A DNA stretch of 62,134 nt, filler included, from Squatina squatina (Eukaryota), in assembly GCA_031763465.1 (NCBI GenBank). It is 4 parts of 3 records of this genome, joined end to end, with 100 filler letters (N's around TTAATTAATTAA, not from the genome) between each part and the next. Parts side by side here need not be neighbours in the genome. Positions count along the whole stretch, not along the records: positions 24,477 to 36,369 come from JARFOE010000056.1; positions 36,470 to 49,293 come from JARFOE010000192.1; positions 49,394 to 62,134 come from JARFOE010000192.1; 1 more part is not named here. One strand, 5' to 3'. Positions within the stretch are counted from its first letter, which is position 1. The number at the start of each line of letters is the position of its first letter. Below the pieces are notes generated by a model. That model did not search any database, was not told where the DNA came from, and worked only from the letters and a program-made list of their open reading frames with translations. This document shows positions 35,985-49,424 of this stretch, one piece after another. Position numbers and translations under genes: made by a program.

Positions 35985-36164
35985 CTGTTGTGGTGTGATG
36001 CTCTGCACTACACTCTTCTCCACCCAGTTAACCATATGTTCTTGTGCAAGCCTTCGCCGTAGATGCTGGAGACTGACTTGATAATCCAGGCGTTTCTTCA
36101 CTGCATTGTACACCATGTGTAGTCGTTCGCGGTAGTTGGTTTCTAGCATCATTGCAACATTATT
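35985..36164 (-). CDS. ATP5PB: ATP synthase peripheral stalk subunit b, internal exon
   Basis: 180-nt exon, tag| to |gtagg; NNVAMMLETNYRERLHMVYNAVKKRLDYQVSLQHLRRRLAQEHMVNWVEKSVVQSITPQQ. Confidence 0.93.
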
Positions 36165-36369
36165 CTACAAACAAACAGATACTGTTCAAATGCCTGCAGG
36201 CATGTTCCTTATCATCACATAATAACACAATGCTGTAGTCAACGTTACAAATTCGTAATTTTAAATACATCGTAGCCAAGGCACCAAGTGCTCCATTCTT
36301 CATAAGTTGCTACAGAATTTCCCTGCTGCCCCTAATGTTTTTCATCTCAGTTTCCTTCATTATTTTGTA

Positions 36370-36469
36370 NNNNNNNNNNNNNNNNNNNNNNNNNNNNNNN
36401 NNNNNNNNNNNNNTTAATTAATTAANNNNNNNNNNNNNNNNNNNNNNNNNNNNNNNNNNNNNNNNNNNN
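36370..36469. other. Artificial scaffold-joining linker
   Basis: TTAATTAATTAA at 36414-36425 within Ns. Confidence 0.95.
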
Positions 36470-36494
36470 ATTTAACTTATTCTCTCTTTCTTAC

Positions 36495-36665
36495 TTTAAA
36501 TTCTTTGATGTCAGAATAGATACTGGTGGGATGGATTTCATTTTCACCATTCTGTCTTGAATCCGTGACAATCTCTATCACCTGATCTAAAGCCAGCCTC
36601 ATGCGATGGAAAACACCACCCTTGTTTATTCTTGCTGATTCACAGTCTGGATGCCGAAGACAAGT
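36495..36665 (-). CDS. CTNNAL1: Alpha-catulin, internal exon
   Basis: 171 nt, ctag| to |gtaag; TCLRHPDCESARINKGGVFHRMRLALDQVIEIVTDSRQNGENEIHPTSIYSDIKEFK; not in the ORF track. Confidence 0.92.
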
Positions 36666-39406
36666 CTAGAAAACATAATACTGTGTTAGTATCACAATAC
36701 TCATACCAGCATAATCAATAGCAATAGCAATACTCCAGATACAAATCAGAATGTGACTGCATGCATCTCCGGAATGCAAGTGTGACTATACAATTGGGCA
36801 TCTAAAGTCATATTGAAATCTATTTTCGTCAAATATTATTTCAGAATTCCTTTGTGCTCATATGATTCACATATAAGCTTCAAATGGCAGCGTTCTCTTG
36901 TTTAAATATTGTACATTTCTTCTGGGTTGTACTTTGTGAAATGTTTCACAGTAATTTCCCATTTACAGATATATTTTTGTAGCCCATTCATAATCGCACA
37001 CAACAAACGAGTGGGCCTGATGGACGCAGAACAATTCCACTGTTTCATAGTTTAAAGGGGCAATCCTGCTAGCTGTGTCATTAGAGGTAGAAATTGATCC
37101 TATAGTGTTCCTACCATAAATACTGCATAAAACAGACTTTTAAAGACATTTTGTGATTTTTAAATCTTCCTTAAAAAAACCAATGGAGTGATCTTGGTTC
37201 TGAATGCAGGGTGTGTGCNNNNNNNNNNNNNNNNNNNNNNNNNNNNNNNNNNNNNNNNNNNNNNNNNNNNNNNNNNNNNNNNNNNNNNNNNNNNNNNNNN
37301 NNNNNNNNNNNNNNNNNNGTATTACTGCACAAGTAACCTTGGTTCACAAGCATTTTATTTTAAATCTTTTGTCTATTTTATAGTTTTTCTCTGCAATAAT
37401 TGTTTGAACAGTTGCCATGCAATGTGTATATTTATAGCTTGTTAAATGAGAATGATAAATATAACATAAAGTACTTTAAGACAATTATAATGCAGGAATG
37501 AGAAAATGCCAGCCTGTTGTGTCATCCAAGGTCTGTTTCACAATCTAACGTGACCACATTTTTCCAATTTCCTCCCATATCATCTCCCTCCAATCCACCC
37601 TGAATCAGTAATGAGTCCAATTATATTTTGAATGCTTAAGCTGAGTTTGGAGATTACCCTTCGTATTTTCTGAAAGTTATGTCCTCGTACTCTGAGTGCT
37701 CTTAAGTCAGAATGCACAAGAAACTGTTTCATATGGAAGCACTGATATCAGATGTTCACTGCACTGTTGCACCCGTGATGTCAAGTCAACTCTCCTGAAC
37801 ACAATCTAAGCTGTTACTTTGAAGTATATTAAATATATTGTGTGCTGGTTCCTAATTGGTTGGTGTTTATCAACACACTTCTGGTGGCCGAAAAGCTCAC
37901 TTATATGTCTGTAAACCAATGCTTATTATTCATCACCATTAGACTATATATGCATGCATTAGTTTACTCGTGTATTGGATAACAATTCAAAAGATGCCTC
38001 TTAAGAGCAAGTCTTCTACAATTCAGTACTATTTCAGGATGATGCTGCAAGTTCTATAATGGAAAAGAGATCAGAGATAATTTAAACATGAAGCAAGATC
38101 TGATGCCTTTAGATAACATGAGTNNNNNNNNNNTTCTGATAGGGTGAGATGAAGTAAACAGAGTGGGAGGAGGCTTGCGAGGAGCATATACAGGCTTGTT
38201 TCTCTGTTGTAAATTCTATGTATTCACTACAATTGTCGGTAGGTGGTTTGAAGTAATCCACGGTCATTTAAATAAAACTTCTTCACCCATCTTTTCAGTT
38301 TCCAACACACACATACAAACTAATTTTAGGCTTATTGTAGATCATCAGCTCTATAGGTTGAAAACCGTCTTAACAGAATTGTACTTGGCATTCCAATATT
38401 TCACAAATACATAGCATTTCTTCCATACCCACCTTCTTCCCCTCCCCCCCAAACCAACCCNNNNNNNNNNNNNNNNNNNNNNNNNNNNNNNNNNNNNNNN
38501 NNNNNNNNNNNNNNNNNNNNNNNNNNNNNNNNNNNNNNNNNNNNNNNNNNNNNNNNNNNNCTGGAAATAAATGCAGAGCAGTTGTGTGTGATGCAGCAGA
38601 ACAAAAGGGAGGGTGGGAAAGAGGACAAACATTTTCAGTCATTGAGTATTTAAATACTATGAGCCAATCTACTGCATGGTTCAAAATTAAGCCATTGCAT
38701 TGCTCAACATCATGCTACACATGAGCAGATTTCTGAAAAAGAATTCATGTTTGTATTTTGGAATCTGTATTGCCTATCGTACCATGAGAAAGAGCCAAGA
38801 AGTTTCAACAATTTATGATGTCATCAAGATACAAGTAACAGAAAAGCTGTTGTAAAAAACAAGATTAAATAGCTACAAGGATATCAAATTACGATCTGGA
38901 TTAAGTGTAGCATCTGAACACTCTCACCCCAGAACAGGCAGAAATACATGTGCAATAAATTTAAATTACAATTACCCCTGAGAAGATTACAATGGCAGTA
39001 ACTTCCACCTGTGAATTTAATGGTTTCCAGCTTTCATTGTTAGATGATGTGAATAAAGTCTAGATGTGTTGCAGGTGGACAAACCTAACTCACAATAAAA
39101 CTGCAATGCAGTTCTAAGATTTTGGACCTAACAGCATTAAAAATGAAAACAGGATGCACTATGTTGGTGAGTTGGCCAGCATGTGAAGAATTTGGCGGTA
39201 CTGCAAAGGATACAAGCAGCTAATGAAAACAATGGAAATTCTGAGNNNNNNNNNNNNNNNNNNNNNNNNNNNNNNNNNNNNNNNNNNNNNNNNNNNNNNN
39301 NNNNNNNNNNNNNNNNNNNNNNNNNNNNNNNNNNNNNNNNNNNNNNNNNNNNNNNNNNNNNNNNNNNNNNNNNNNNNNNNNNNNNNNNNNNNNNNNNNNN
39401 NNNNNN

Positions 39407-39511
39407 TGTCAAATGGGCAAATTCTACCATCTCGTTTCCAAATTGACTGAAGATCTGTACAAACTCCTGAAAGCTGCTGACTTTTTCTAAGTGCTCCAAA
39501 GTTGCAAGAAC
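39407..39511 (-). CDS. CTNNAL1: Alpha-catulin, internal exon (3' end in gap)
   Basis: tttcag|VLATLEHLEKVSSFQEFVQIFSQFGNEMVEFAHLT. Confidence 0.93.
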
Positions 39512-40355
39512 CTGAAAAAAGAGACAAAACAAAATCACTTTACTGGAAAAAGTTAATACAACATGCTAAATTAAGGTAAAATCAGAAAGTTGCAATACTA
39601 CCCAAAGTTGAACCAATAATAATGTTAAGCTAGATCCTTTAGCTCTCAGCCTCGAATATCACCAGCAAGTTAAGAAAAACAGCCCCACAGGACACAGTGG
39701 GACACCCACTAATCAAAACACAAAATAAAATCAGAACCTAAAAAAACATTAAAGCTTACTGACAATGTTCCCTAGAATTTTATATTTTGGCGCGTAGGCC
39801 CTATAACTGGCTGGACGGCCCAATCCATTTTTCGCGCATGCACAGTTACTTATATTAAAAGGTCCGTGAGCGGCCCACATGGAACCTTCAGCTGCACCAC
39901 CGCATAGCTTAGTGGGNNNNNNNNNNNNNNNNNNNNNNNNNNNNNNNNNNNNNNNNNNNNNNNNNNNNNNNNNNNNNNNNNNNNNNNNNNNNNNNNNNNN
40001 NNNNNNNNNNNNNNNNGACTGACGGTTCCAGGGAGTGTGTCCTGAGCATGTGCGGTGCGGACTGCCGGAGGGGGAGGGTCACATGGGGCTGAGCAGGGAT
40101 TGAAACTCAGGTGCAGATTTTCTGGCTGGCCCTGATTGCATTCGGATGCTGAGGGCATCAGCTCATATAGAAGGTTAGTTTTGTCCTGCAAATCTGGTCA
40201 CCCGAATAATATATTTCATACTATATATCATTTATAATTAAAATTAATAATCCTAAAACAAAATAAAAATCCAAGTCAAACACGCGGTTTCTAAAGCGCA
40301 TAAAATAAGGCGCCAAGAAGGCGGGGCATAGCATTTTGCAAAGATGACAGCTTCC

Positions 40356-40703
40356 ATGATTACAGGCAAGAAAAGGATAACTGATGCTGAATAGAGTTTT
40401 CAATGGCTCTTGGATCGATGATTTTTTTGTCATCAAACACAACGGGGCCATATTGTGTCTGATATGTCAAGAGAAGATAGCGGTTTTCAAGGAATATAAT
40501 ATCAAGTGACATTATTCTACGAAACATGCTAGCAAATTTGACAACCTCACAAGTCAAGTGAGAAACGATCAAGTCAACTTGCTGAAGCAAAACGTGATCG
40601 AGCGTAATCTAATGCTTTATCTTTCCGAAATTTGCTCACTGGCCCTCCATGTGGAGCAAAAATTGCAGTGTTGCCCCTCAGGAAAAAAGGTTGGACACCC
40701 CTG
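40356..40703 (+). mobile_element. Internally deleted hAT (Charlie/GTF2IRD2-like) DNA transposon: transposase N-terminus remnant plus right TIR
   Basis: MITGKKRITDAE / RVFNGSWIDDFFVIKHNGAILCLICQEKIAVFKEYNIK*HYSTKH (frameshift and stop); ends GGTTGGACACCCCTG. Confidence 0.8.
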
Positions 40704-42364
40704 TTTTAAAGGGAAGAGGAACATTACCTGGATGACCACATTAAATCGGACTTAACTCCTCCTCCTACCATAATTTATTCATTTTAACAGATACATAACT
40801 TTCTTATGCTTAGTGATTCAATGCCAAGACGACAATATGCATCATTTTTAAAAAAGGGGAATATGTGTACAGCCAATTAGACAGGGAAGCAGTGAATCAG
40901 AGTAGCTGCAATAATGAGCAGTTCACACTGCTCAAGCAGCTAAACAGGAAATTAAATAGTTTAAATCTCAATTAGTTCAGCAATCCAGCTGTTCACTGCA
41001 CGAATCCTGAGAGCAATGTCTGAACGACAAAATGCCATGGAGACACTAACAGAACACACAATGGAGACACCTTTTTAGCAACTGCACAACAACGGTAAAT
41101 AGGTGGGAGAAGATGTTAACTCAGTGTCCACAAATTCCTAATCTGGGAAGCAGTGAGCAAGAAATTGTTCATGATCTTAAAAAAACAGCAAGTATTTTAC
41201 TGTACTAACATGAAAAGCTATGTAAAAGTATGCAGGCAGATCAATGCAATTGCCAGCTGTGATTATGAGGGAACCGTTACTCGTGGTGTGAAAACGAAAA
41301 CCAATGAGGAACATCACAAATGCAACAAAACAAGTGGCAGATGGAATTTAATGTCAGTAGGTGTGAGGTGAGGCATTTTGTTAAAAAAAACAGGAGTAAT
41401 TACACTCAGGATGGAAGTAGGCTTGTTGCTGTTGAAGAGTGGAGTGATTTGGGGTACAGATTGACAGGACATTAAAGGCAGCACCTCAGGTTGATACAGC
41501 TGTAAAAAATAGCTAATGAAATTCTAGGTTTTATCACAGTGTAGAATATAAAACCAAGAGGTATGGCAAGCCTATAAAAAACCTCAGTTAGAGCATCATG
41601 TGGAGTATTGTTCGCCAAACTACAGGAAAGATTGAGTTTCTAGAAAGGGTACAATGCAGATTCACTGTGATGCTGCCTGATATGAGAAAATACAAAGAGA
41701 AGAAAAACTTGAAAAGTTGGAAGAGTTAGATCAACACAAATTACAGGGCGATACAAGAAGTGTTTAAAATTCTGAAAAAGATCGGACAGGGTAGAAGTAA
41801 ACTGCATCTCATTGTTGAGGAGTGAAGAATGAAGANNNNNNNNNNNNNNNNNNNNNNNNNNNNNNNNNNNNNNNNNNNNNNNNNNNNNNNNNNNNNNNNN
41901 NNNNNNNNNNNNNNNNNNNNNNNNNNNNNNNNNNNCCCTTACATGCATTGAACTTTGCAAGTTCATAGTTCCGAAAACAATTCAGTTAAATGTCAATTTT
42001 CATGTTCCCTGGAAGCTATATTTCCAAACTACAATCAAAGTATCCACATTTGTGTTAAGTTGTTCTCCATTCTAACTATAGAAAAAGCAACTGCCTCTCC
42101 ACATTCAACAAGAAAACGCAGTATACAAGGTTATAACTGTAACCACTCATATATCTTCATTAATACCAGATAGATTGTTCTGCAAAAGGGACAATCTGTG
42201 CAGATGTAAAGCATATTTAGTTACTGGTTTCTTCTTGTGTTAATACAGGTTCAAAGTAATGTTAGTCATCAAGCTGGTTTTCTTTTTTATAAGATTTTCT
42301 AAATTAGTTTGTGTAGGTTTCATAAGTTATAATGTGTGTTTCTTGATGTAAAAAAGTTACGTAC

Positions 42365-42552
42365 CTTGCTTCTGGAGTTGATGATTTGCTTTATGACTAC
42401 CCTGTCTGCCAACACCAGTACTTTTGTAACAGAAGACAGTAGTAACCGTGCAGCTTTTATCATTCCAGTTTTATCTGTGTAAACTGTTGCTCTTGCATCT
42501 GATTCTGGCTGGTCAAAGGAGCCCACGTCAGTCAACTGTGCAATGCTCTCTC
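42365..42552 (-). CDS. CTNNAL1: Alpha-catulin, internal exon
   Basis: 188 nt, ctag| to |gtacgt; GESIAQLTDVGSFDQPESDARATVYTDKTGMIKAARLLLSSVTKVLVLADRVVIKQIINSRSK. Confidence 0.94.
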
Positions 42553-43159
42553 CTAGATAGCAACACAGATCATCAAAACAAAGCATGCTTTAAACACACT
42601 CAAATACATTAAGAGCTAAAACATCAAATTCTGAAAACCATGGGAGGGAAACACAAATTTGTGTAAAGCAACAGGCTCTTGTAAACGGAAATGTAGTGTG
42701 TAATATACAAATTAAAGCTAAATACAAGTAAAAAGATCATTTGAAAGATGCTGATATATCTGTGACCACTTGGTATGTAGAAGAAACAAGATAACCTAAA
42801 ATCCAAAGTTACTGTTACAATAAAAGGAATGTTGATCATAATTTTAAGTATGTTTCAAGGTTACTTGTCATTAAGTTACTTTTCATTTTGCACTGAACAC
42901 AGCTACTTCTATCAGCAAATTTCTGCAGTTTAGGATGATAGCATTTATTCCCTTCCTAACAGTAGATGATACACCAAATGATAAACTGGAAGAAGGGAGA
43001 CAAAAAGTATCTATTTAACAATATGGAAACACCCAGGGAGAGGGAGGAAGTTCGGGCCACAACTCATGACATTAGCAACTTTCATTAAGGACAAAACTAC
43101 ATCAGAATTCTGGTAAAATAGTTAATAAAAATAACGACATTTGAAGTTAAATATTCAGA

Positions 43160-44160
43160 TAGTGAATGAATACAATCCTAATTTCTCAAGTATTTGTTTA
43201 TATTTGTACTTCCTCATACCAGGCAGCATCCCAGTGAATCTGCATTGTACGCTCTCTAAAGCCTCAATATCCTTCCTATAGTGTGGAGGACAATGCTGTA
43301 CACAGAAACTGTAGTTATATTCATTCTTGTACGGGCTCATCAATATCTCTTGGCTTTTAATTCTATCCCTCTTGTGATAAAACCTAGAATTCCGTGGGCT
43401 TCTTCCATTCACTTTTTTTTTAAGCCTTATCAACCAAAATTGCTGCCTTTAATGTCGTTTGAACCTATACCCGCATGTCCCTCTGCTCTTCCACACAACC
43501 AAGCCTGTTTCTATTCAGAGTGTATCGTTTCGCCCTTACCGACATTGAATTCCATCTGCCATCATCTAGCCCATTCCCCCGTCTTATCAATATGCCTTCG
43601 CAATATCCTTCGGTCTTCTAAGGAATTAACTATACTTTCTGTTTTGGAATCATCTGCATTTTACAACACCACTCCCTCCAGGCCGATATCCAGATCAGAC
43701 AGTGAACAGGAGTGGATCCAGAACTGGCCCCTGAGGGACACTGCTACCAACAACAACAAAAATGTGCCTTTATATAGCACCTTTCGCGTAGTGAAAATGT
43801 GCCCAGGCACTTCACAGGGAGCGATTATCAAACAAAATTTGACAGCGAGCCACATAAGGAGACACTCGGACAGCTGAGCAAAAGCTTGGTCAAAGAGGTA
43901 GGTTTTATGGAGCCTCTTAAGTGAGGAGAGAGAGGTAGAGAGGAGAAATTTCTTCACACCGAGGGTACTGAACCTGTGGAATTCTCTACCACGGAGGGCT
44001 GTGGAGGTCAGGTCACTAAATATGTTCAAGAAAGAGATAGATAAATTCTTAGATATTAAAGAAATTAAAGGGTATGCGGAAAAAACGGTCATATGGCGTT
44101 GAGATAGAGGATCAGCCATGATCTCATTGAATGGCGGAGCAGGCTCGAAGGGCAGAATGG
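43160..44160. mobile_element. Stack of LINE fragments: old CR1 (minus), L2 tail (minus), CR1 3' end (plus)
   Basis: CVQHCPPHYRKDIEALESVQCRFTGMLPG; caacaacaac L2 tail at 43750; ggagaaatttcttcac...ggcggagcaggctcgaaggg. Confidence 0.75.
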
Positions 44161-46224
44161 CCCGGAAGCGGCTGGAGTGGTGGGAACGACCGGAGCAGCG
44201 TCCGCTGGGTAAGCATAAAAATCGAGCGCGAGGCTTTTGTTTTTCAGAGGCCCGGAAGCGGTTNNNNNNNNNNNNNNNNNNNNNNNNNNNNNNNNNNNNN
44301 NNNNNNNNNNNNNNNNNNNNNNNNNNNNNNNNNNNNNNNNNNNNNNNNNNNNNNNNNNNNNNNATCATGGGAAGGTTTTTTTTTAAATCCAGGTTGGGTG
44401 GGGCGGGGAGGGCATTAAAAATAAAATGAGAACTCGGCCCAACCTGCTGACTTCTGTTTTAAACGGAGGCGGGTTGGGGGAGCGACTATCCAACCTGTCC
44501 TCAAGGTATGGGTCGGTCCTTAAATATTTTAAAGGAGCAACTTTAATGCATCTTTCATTTTTAACACCTGTTAAAGTCGGCAGGACTTCCGGGAAATCTA
44601 TACTTCTGGGTTTTCCAGCTGCTAAACCTTCCCCCTGCCTATTATTATCGAGGCCAATTTCTCAGTTCCTCCACTCTATTCTAAATCTGACCAGTCAGGG
44701 TATACTTCCATTCACTGCTCTTTTTCCCTATCTAGCTGCTCACTCGGGTAACCTATGCCAAATTAATTAAAAGCAGCAATCCGCATAATATGTTTACCGT
44801 CAGTATCTTGCAGAGTTATTGGTTGCACAGCATTTTTCACAATGCTAACAAGCAATCTAGTTAGTAGCAGTGTATTTTTCCCATTTTTTTAAAACTCAAA
44901 TTAAAATGGCAGAGACTTAACATCCTGCTTTGCACAGGCACCTAAACCCGAGCTTGGTGCCACTACTTCTTCACTTAACTCGTCTTTTCTACGAGCAAAA
45001 ACAGAAATATTCTGTTTTGGCTTCTGCTCATAACTTGCAAAATATAGCAATAGTGCTTGGCACATCAATTCCATTTAAAGCAGCCCAGTCCTTGTGAAAA
45101 ATTTTCAGGGGCTGCAAAAATGATGAGCCAGAAGTGGCAGTCACCACAAGCAATGTGACAATGGGATTGACTCAGATTACTGCACCATGAACTTGGAAAG
45201 GAATAAGAGAAAAAGATTTTCCAAGCAATTGTTCCTGAAGACATCAAGCCTTTAAGGATGCAACCACTCTTCTGTCTCGACACAAAGACTACACATTAAA
45301 ATGCCCTTATTAGGGCACACGTTTTCTCAGGAGATCGACATATAATATTTTGACAATGCTACCAAGGCAGGTTTTTAAAAACATTTCTCGCATTATGTGG
45401 TATTAACAAAGCTGGTGTATGTTGGTTACAGCCCCACACAATAGCGCACTTAACAGAATATTATCTCAAAAATGTGCGTCATTTCAGGAACTGAAACAAT
45501 TACAAAATTAATTATGCAACATAGTAGAGAAAGAATTTGCTCATGATAACTGTGGCAGTTTGCCAAGCTGTCAATCAGGATTGGCAGGCCAAAAAAAATA
45601 CATCAGCCAACAGATTAATTCAGTTAACTGGGCTTTAGAACAATTCCCACAACCTCATTTATGGCCTTTAAATAGTTAGGTGGAAGAAAAAAGAGTAAAC
45701 AGTAGTATTTATGTGATTAATAAATCTTTTTATACTTTGTGAAAATCAAAAGCCTTAACAATGTTCATACTTCTCCTGCCATTCTCGTTGCAGCCACTTG
45801 CATTGAAATGTAGGTTTTAACGTGCTGATCTTTCATGGCATTGCTTATGGAGAAAAAGAAAAACAAAATGGTCTCATACGAAAGGTCTCCCACTTTCTTC
45901 AAATGTTTCTCATTCTTTCCTGTCTAACACTTTACATGGGGCTCTCTCTGTGCTCCACCCTATCAATCCATATAGCTCCGACAGATTTTTCCCATTGTGG
46001 TGTCCATCTCTCTATTTGTCTCTGACTCTATTTCTCACTTTTGTGCAAGTCAAGGGTGGGGAGGAAAGAGTGAGAGAGAGAGAGAGAGAGAAAAACACTG
46101 GCAGCCAGGAGGAAAAACACATATATTGGGGCTTTGAACTCAAGCACGGGACGAGAGTAGGAGACTGAGGCTATGCATGTGGGAAGGCCCAAAAGATCTC
46201 AAGCTCCAAAACTCAGCTGAAACA

Positions 46225-46399
46225 CAGAAAATAGGTGCAGGAGTAGGCCATTCGGCCCATTGAGCCTGCACCGCCATTCAACTCGATCATGGCTGATCTT
46301 TCAACTCAGTACCCCGTATCTACTTTCTCTCCATACCCCCTGATCCCCCTAGCTGTAAGGGCCACATCTAACTCCCTTTTGAATATAGCTAATGAACTG
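46225..46399 (-). mobile_element. CR1 3' tail
   Basis: aggagtaggccattcggccc...catggctgatc. Confidence 0.8.
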
Positions 46400-48497
46400 N
46401 NNNNNNNNNNNNNNNNNNNNNNNNNNNNNNNNNNNNNNNNNNNNNNNNNNNNNNNNNNNNNNNNNNNNNNNNNNNNNNNNNNNNNNNNNNNNNNNNNNNT
46501 AACAATTCTGCACCTTAGTTTGGGTCCATCATTTTGAAAAACATTGCACCAGAGAGGATACACGTTACGGACCATTCATCTACACAACCTGAATACTTTT
46601 TTTTTTAAAAACAGGTTTAAGTTCATAATATACAAAAGGCAAGCATCAAGTTTAGGCAGACCTAATTAAAGGTCTTCAATATACAAACAGCTACTAAAAA
46701 AAACTTTCCTATCTATAGTTTTATTTAAATAGACTCTTAAAAAAAATACTTTTTCCACTATTCAATTTTAGAATGTTACTGTATTGTACCTGACCACAAT
46801 GATCCTGCCATAATTATAAAGTATTGGAGTATGACAAATAGTTATTTAAGTTTCTAAGTCATACGAGGCCGTTCACCTTTAATAGTGAAGATTTGAATGC
46901 TATTTGAACAATAATTGCCCAAAGAACTTGGCAGGGAAAATGCATATTTCAGAGCAGTTAGTTTTGGGAATGATCCAGGGAAATACAGGCTTGGATTTGC
47001 CATATAAAGCAGGATTAAGCATAAAGTATTAGTGACCAAAAGGGTTAAAAATTAGACGTGTAGGTCTAAACTGCAAAGCAAAACACAAGTCTTCCTCCAT
47101 TACTAACACCATCCTTCTCTCAATCAGAAAACTGATTGTTGTGCTTCCTTTGAAAAATAGGATAGTGATAGATTGGAAGGAGAAATCCTCCCCATTATCA
47201 AAATAAACTGTCAAGAAAGTTTTCACAACATTTCAAAGTTTCAAAAGTTAAGATCATTTCTCAAGTCAGTTCTACACCCTACTCAGAATCCCGTGCACTT
47301 GTTTGTACTGAAACAGAAATCCACCTACAAAAAATAACCTCAAATGAAGGAATGTGAAAGGGTAAGCTAAAAGTAAGTTAGGACTGGTTATAGCACATTC
47401 CCATCTCCCCTCCTGCAGCTTAGTTAATTCTGCCTTGGCAACACCAACAACCTGGTACAGAAGCTGCAGGAGAAAAAAAATCTCATCTGCATGACTGACA
47501 GTGGAATTTCTAGAATCTTTAAGCCATCCTATATGGCATGTTTTGTAAATGCCAGTTTGCATGTTTCACTGCCAAAGTAAAGGACTGAACTAATACAGTA
47601 ATTTCTAGTCCAAATATGTTTTTCCCCACTATTAATAGCCAGGGATTGAAAAAGGAATTTATATTGGTCTATTAGCAACCTTAGCATACTGTTCAANNNN
47701 NNNNNNNNNNNNNNNNNNNNNNNNNNNNNNNNNNNNNNNNNNNNNNNNNNNNNNNNNNNNNNNNNNNNNNNNNNNNNNNNNNNNNNNNNNNNNNNNGGAA
47801 CATCCTGAGGATGTGAAAAATGCAATCGAAATACAAATTTTTTCTATACTGCCTGGCTCTAACTGCAATTCTCCTGCACTTACTGACATATACCAAGGCC
47901 CCTCCTGGGAGTTGACATTTAAATGTTTAGGGAGATCGGGCAGGAATATCCACATGCTCTAACCTTTTAAATCAAATCTAGGGAGGCATATAAAGTGTCC
48001 AGAGAACTCCCTGTGCGCACATTCAAGCAAGTTTAATATTGCACCCAAGTTATACTTATGGCAACGTCAAACCAAGACACTGTGATACTACCTCGTGTAG
48101 AGGAATCTTCCACCACTGACCTATGGAATTTTGGTGGACTCTTACCCGGAGTTACACTGCAACTTTAGAATTGCTGCAAAATGGAAACAACTTTGCAATG
48201 ATGCCCCCATCACAATAGCCACACTCCAACAAAGGTTTCCCGAGTTTTATGAGGTATTCAATTCCCAAGAAAATAGAGCCAGCTTACAAGATCCTCTAAA
48301 ACCCAAATCAATGCATCAAGGTTAAAACAGAAAATGTTAGAAAAATTCAACAGTTCAGGCAGCATATAATAGACCATCAGTCATCGACTTGAAATGTTAA
48401 CACCTTCCTCTCTCCACAGATGCTGCCTGACCTGCTGAGCGTTTTCAGCAATTTCGGTTTTAATTTCACATTTCCAGCATCTGCAGTATTTTGTTTT

Positions 48498-48798
48498 TTG
48501 ATTCAATGCACCAAGGTGCCTAGCGATCGAGCAAAATCTGGTTTTGTAAAGAAAATTTGACATATGCATCTGGTATTATTGGTGTTGAATCTTTTTTATT
48601 TTTGGGGAGGGATGGGGTGAAGTAGTGGTCACAATTCTCTAGATGACTTGTGCCTAGATAATTTTACCTTATCACTAGGTTGGGGAGGGTCAACAGCACA
48701 GATATAAAACATTAAAAAATCATCAGGACTGCACAACAGTAATAATACACAAAACTAAACTGTGCTCGATCGCTAGGCTCCTTAATACATTGAAGCAA
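48498..48798. mobile_element. MITE-like element with ~50-bp terminal inverted repeats
   Basis: ttgattcaatgcaccaaggtgcctagcgatcgagcaaaatctggttttgt versus the reverse complement of 48749-48798, ttgcttcaatgtattaaggagcctagcgatcgagcacagtttagttttgt. Confidence 0.7.
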
Positions 48799-49293
48799 AT
48801 AAAGACCATCAGTCTTAACCACTTTCTCAATCTTTATTGTAGTTAATTACATTTTTCAAGATATTTTGTGTTATTTCCTACTTTATTTTGATGTGTCCAA
48901 TTGATAAATGTATCTTGATTGAAAGACAGATTATAAATCAGATCCATATAGTTCACCACTGAATTTTTGAAAAATAGAATTGATCCCTTGGGGATCTAAG
49001 TGTTCGGAATCATCCCATTCACTCAAGATTGATATGCTCTCTCCTACTCTTTAATCAAATAAAGTACAAGACAGAATTCTCTCTCCATGGACAAAGACCT
49101 TTGCTCTCATTAATGAGAAAATTGTAACCTCTCAGAAATTAAGTTGCTCAGCTTAAAAGTTCTTCCTGTCCTAAAAACTAGATTTAATGAAACTAAACCA
49201 TCGCTGGGTTACACAGCTCACCAGCTTTCAGATTTTCCTTTCAGTAATTCCTTCCTGATTAAATTCTTTCACATTCCAGCACATTAGAAACAG

Positions 49294-49393
49294 NNNNNNN
49301 NNNNNNNNNNNNNNNNNNNNNNNNNNNNNNNNNNNNNTTAATTAATTAANNNNNNNNNNNNNNNNNNNNNNNNNNNNNNNNNNNNNNNNNNNN
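49294..49393. other. Artificial scaffold-joining linker
   Basis: TTAATTAATTAA at 49338-49349 within Ns. Confidence 0.95.
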
Positions 49394-49424
49394 TGAGGAA
49401 ACAATTCTGGAGCAGAAACAGTAA

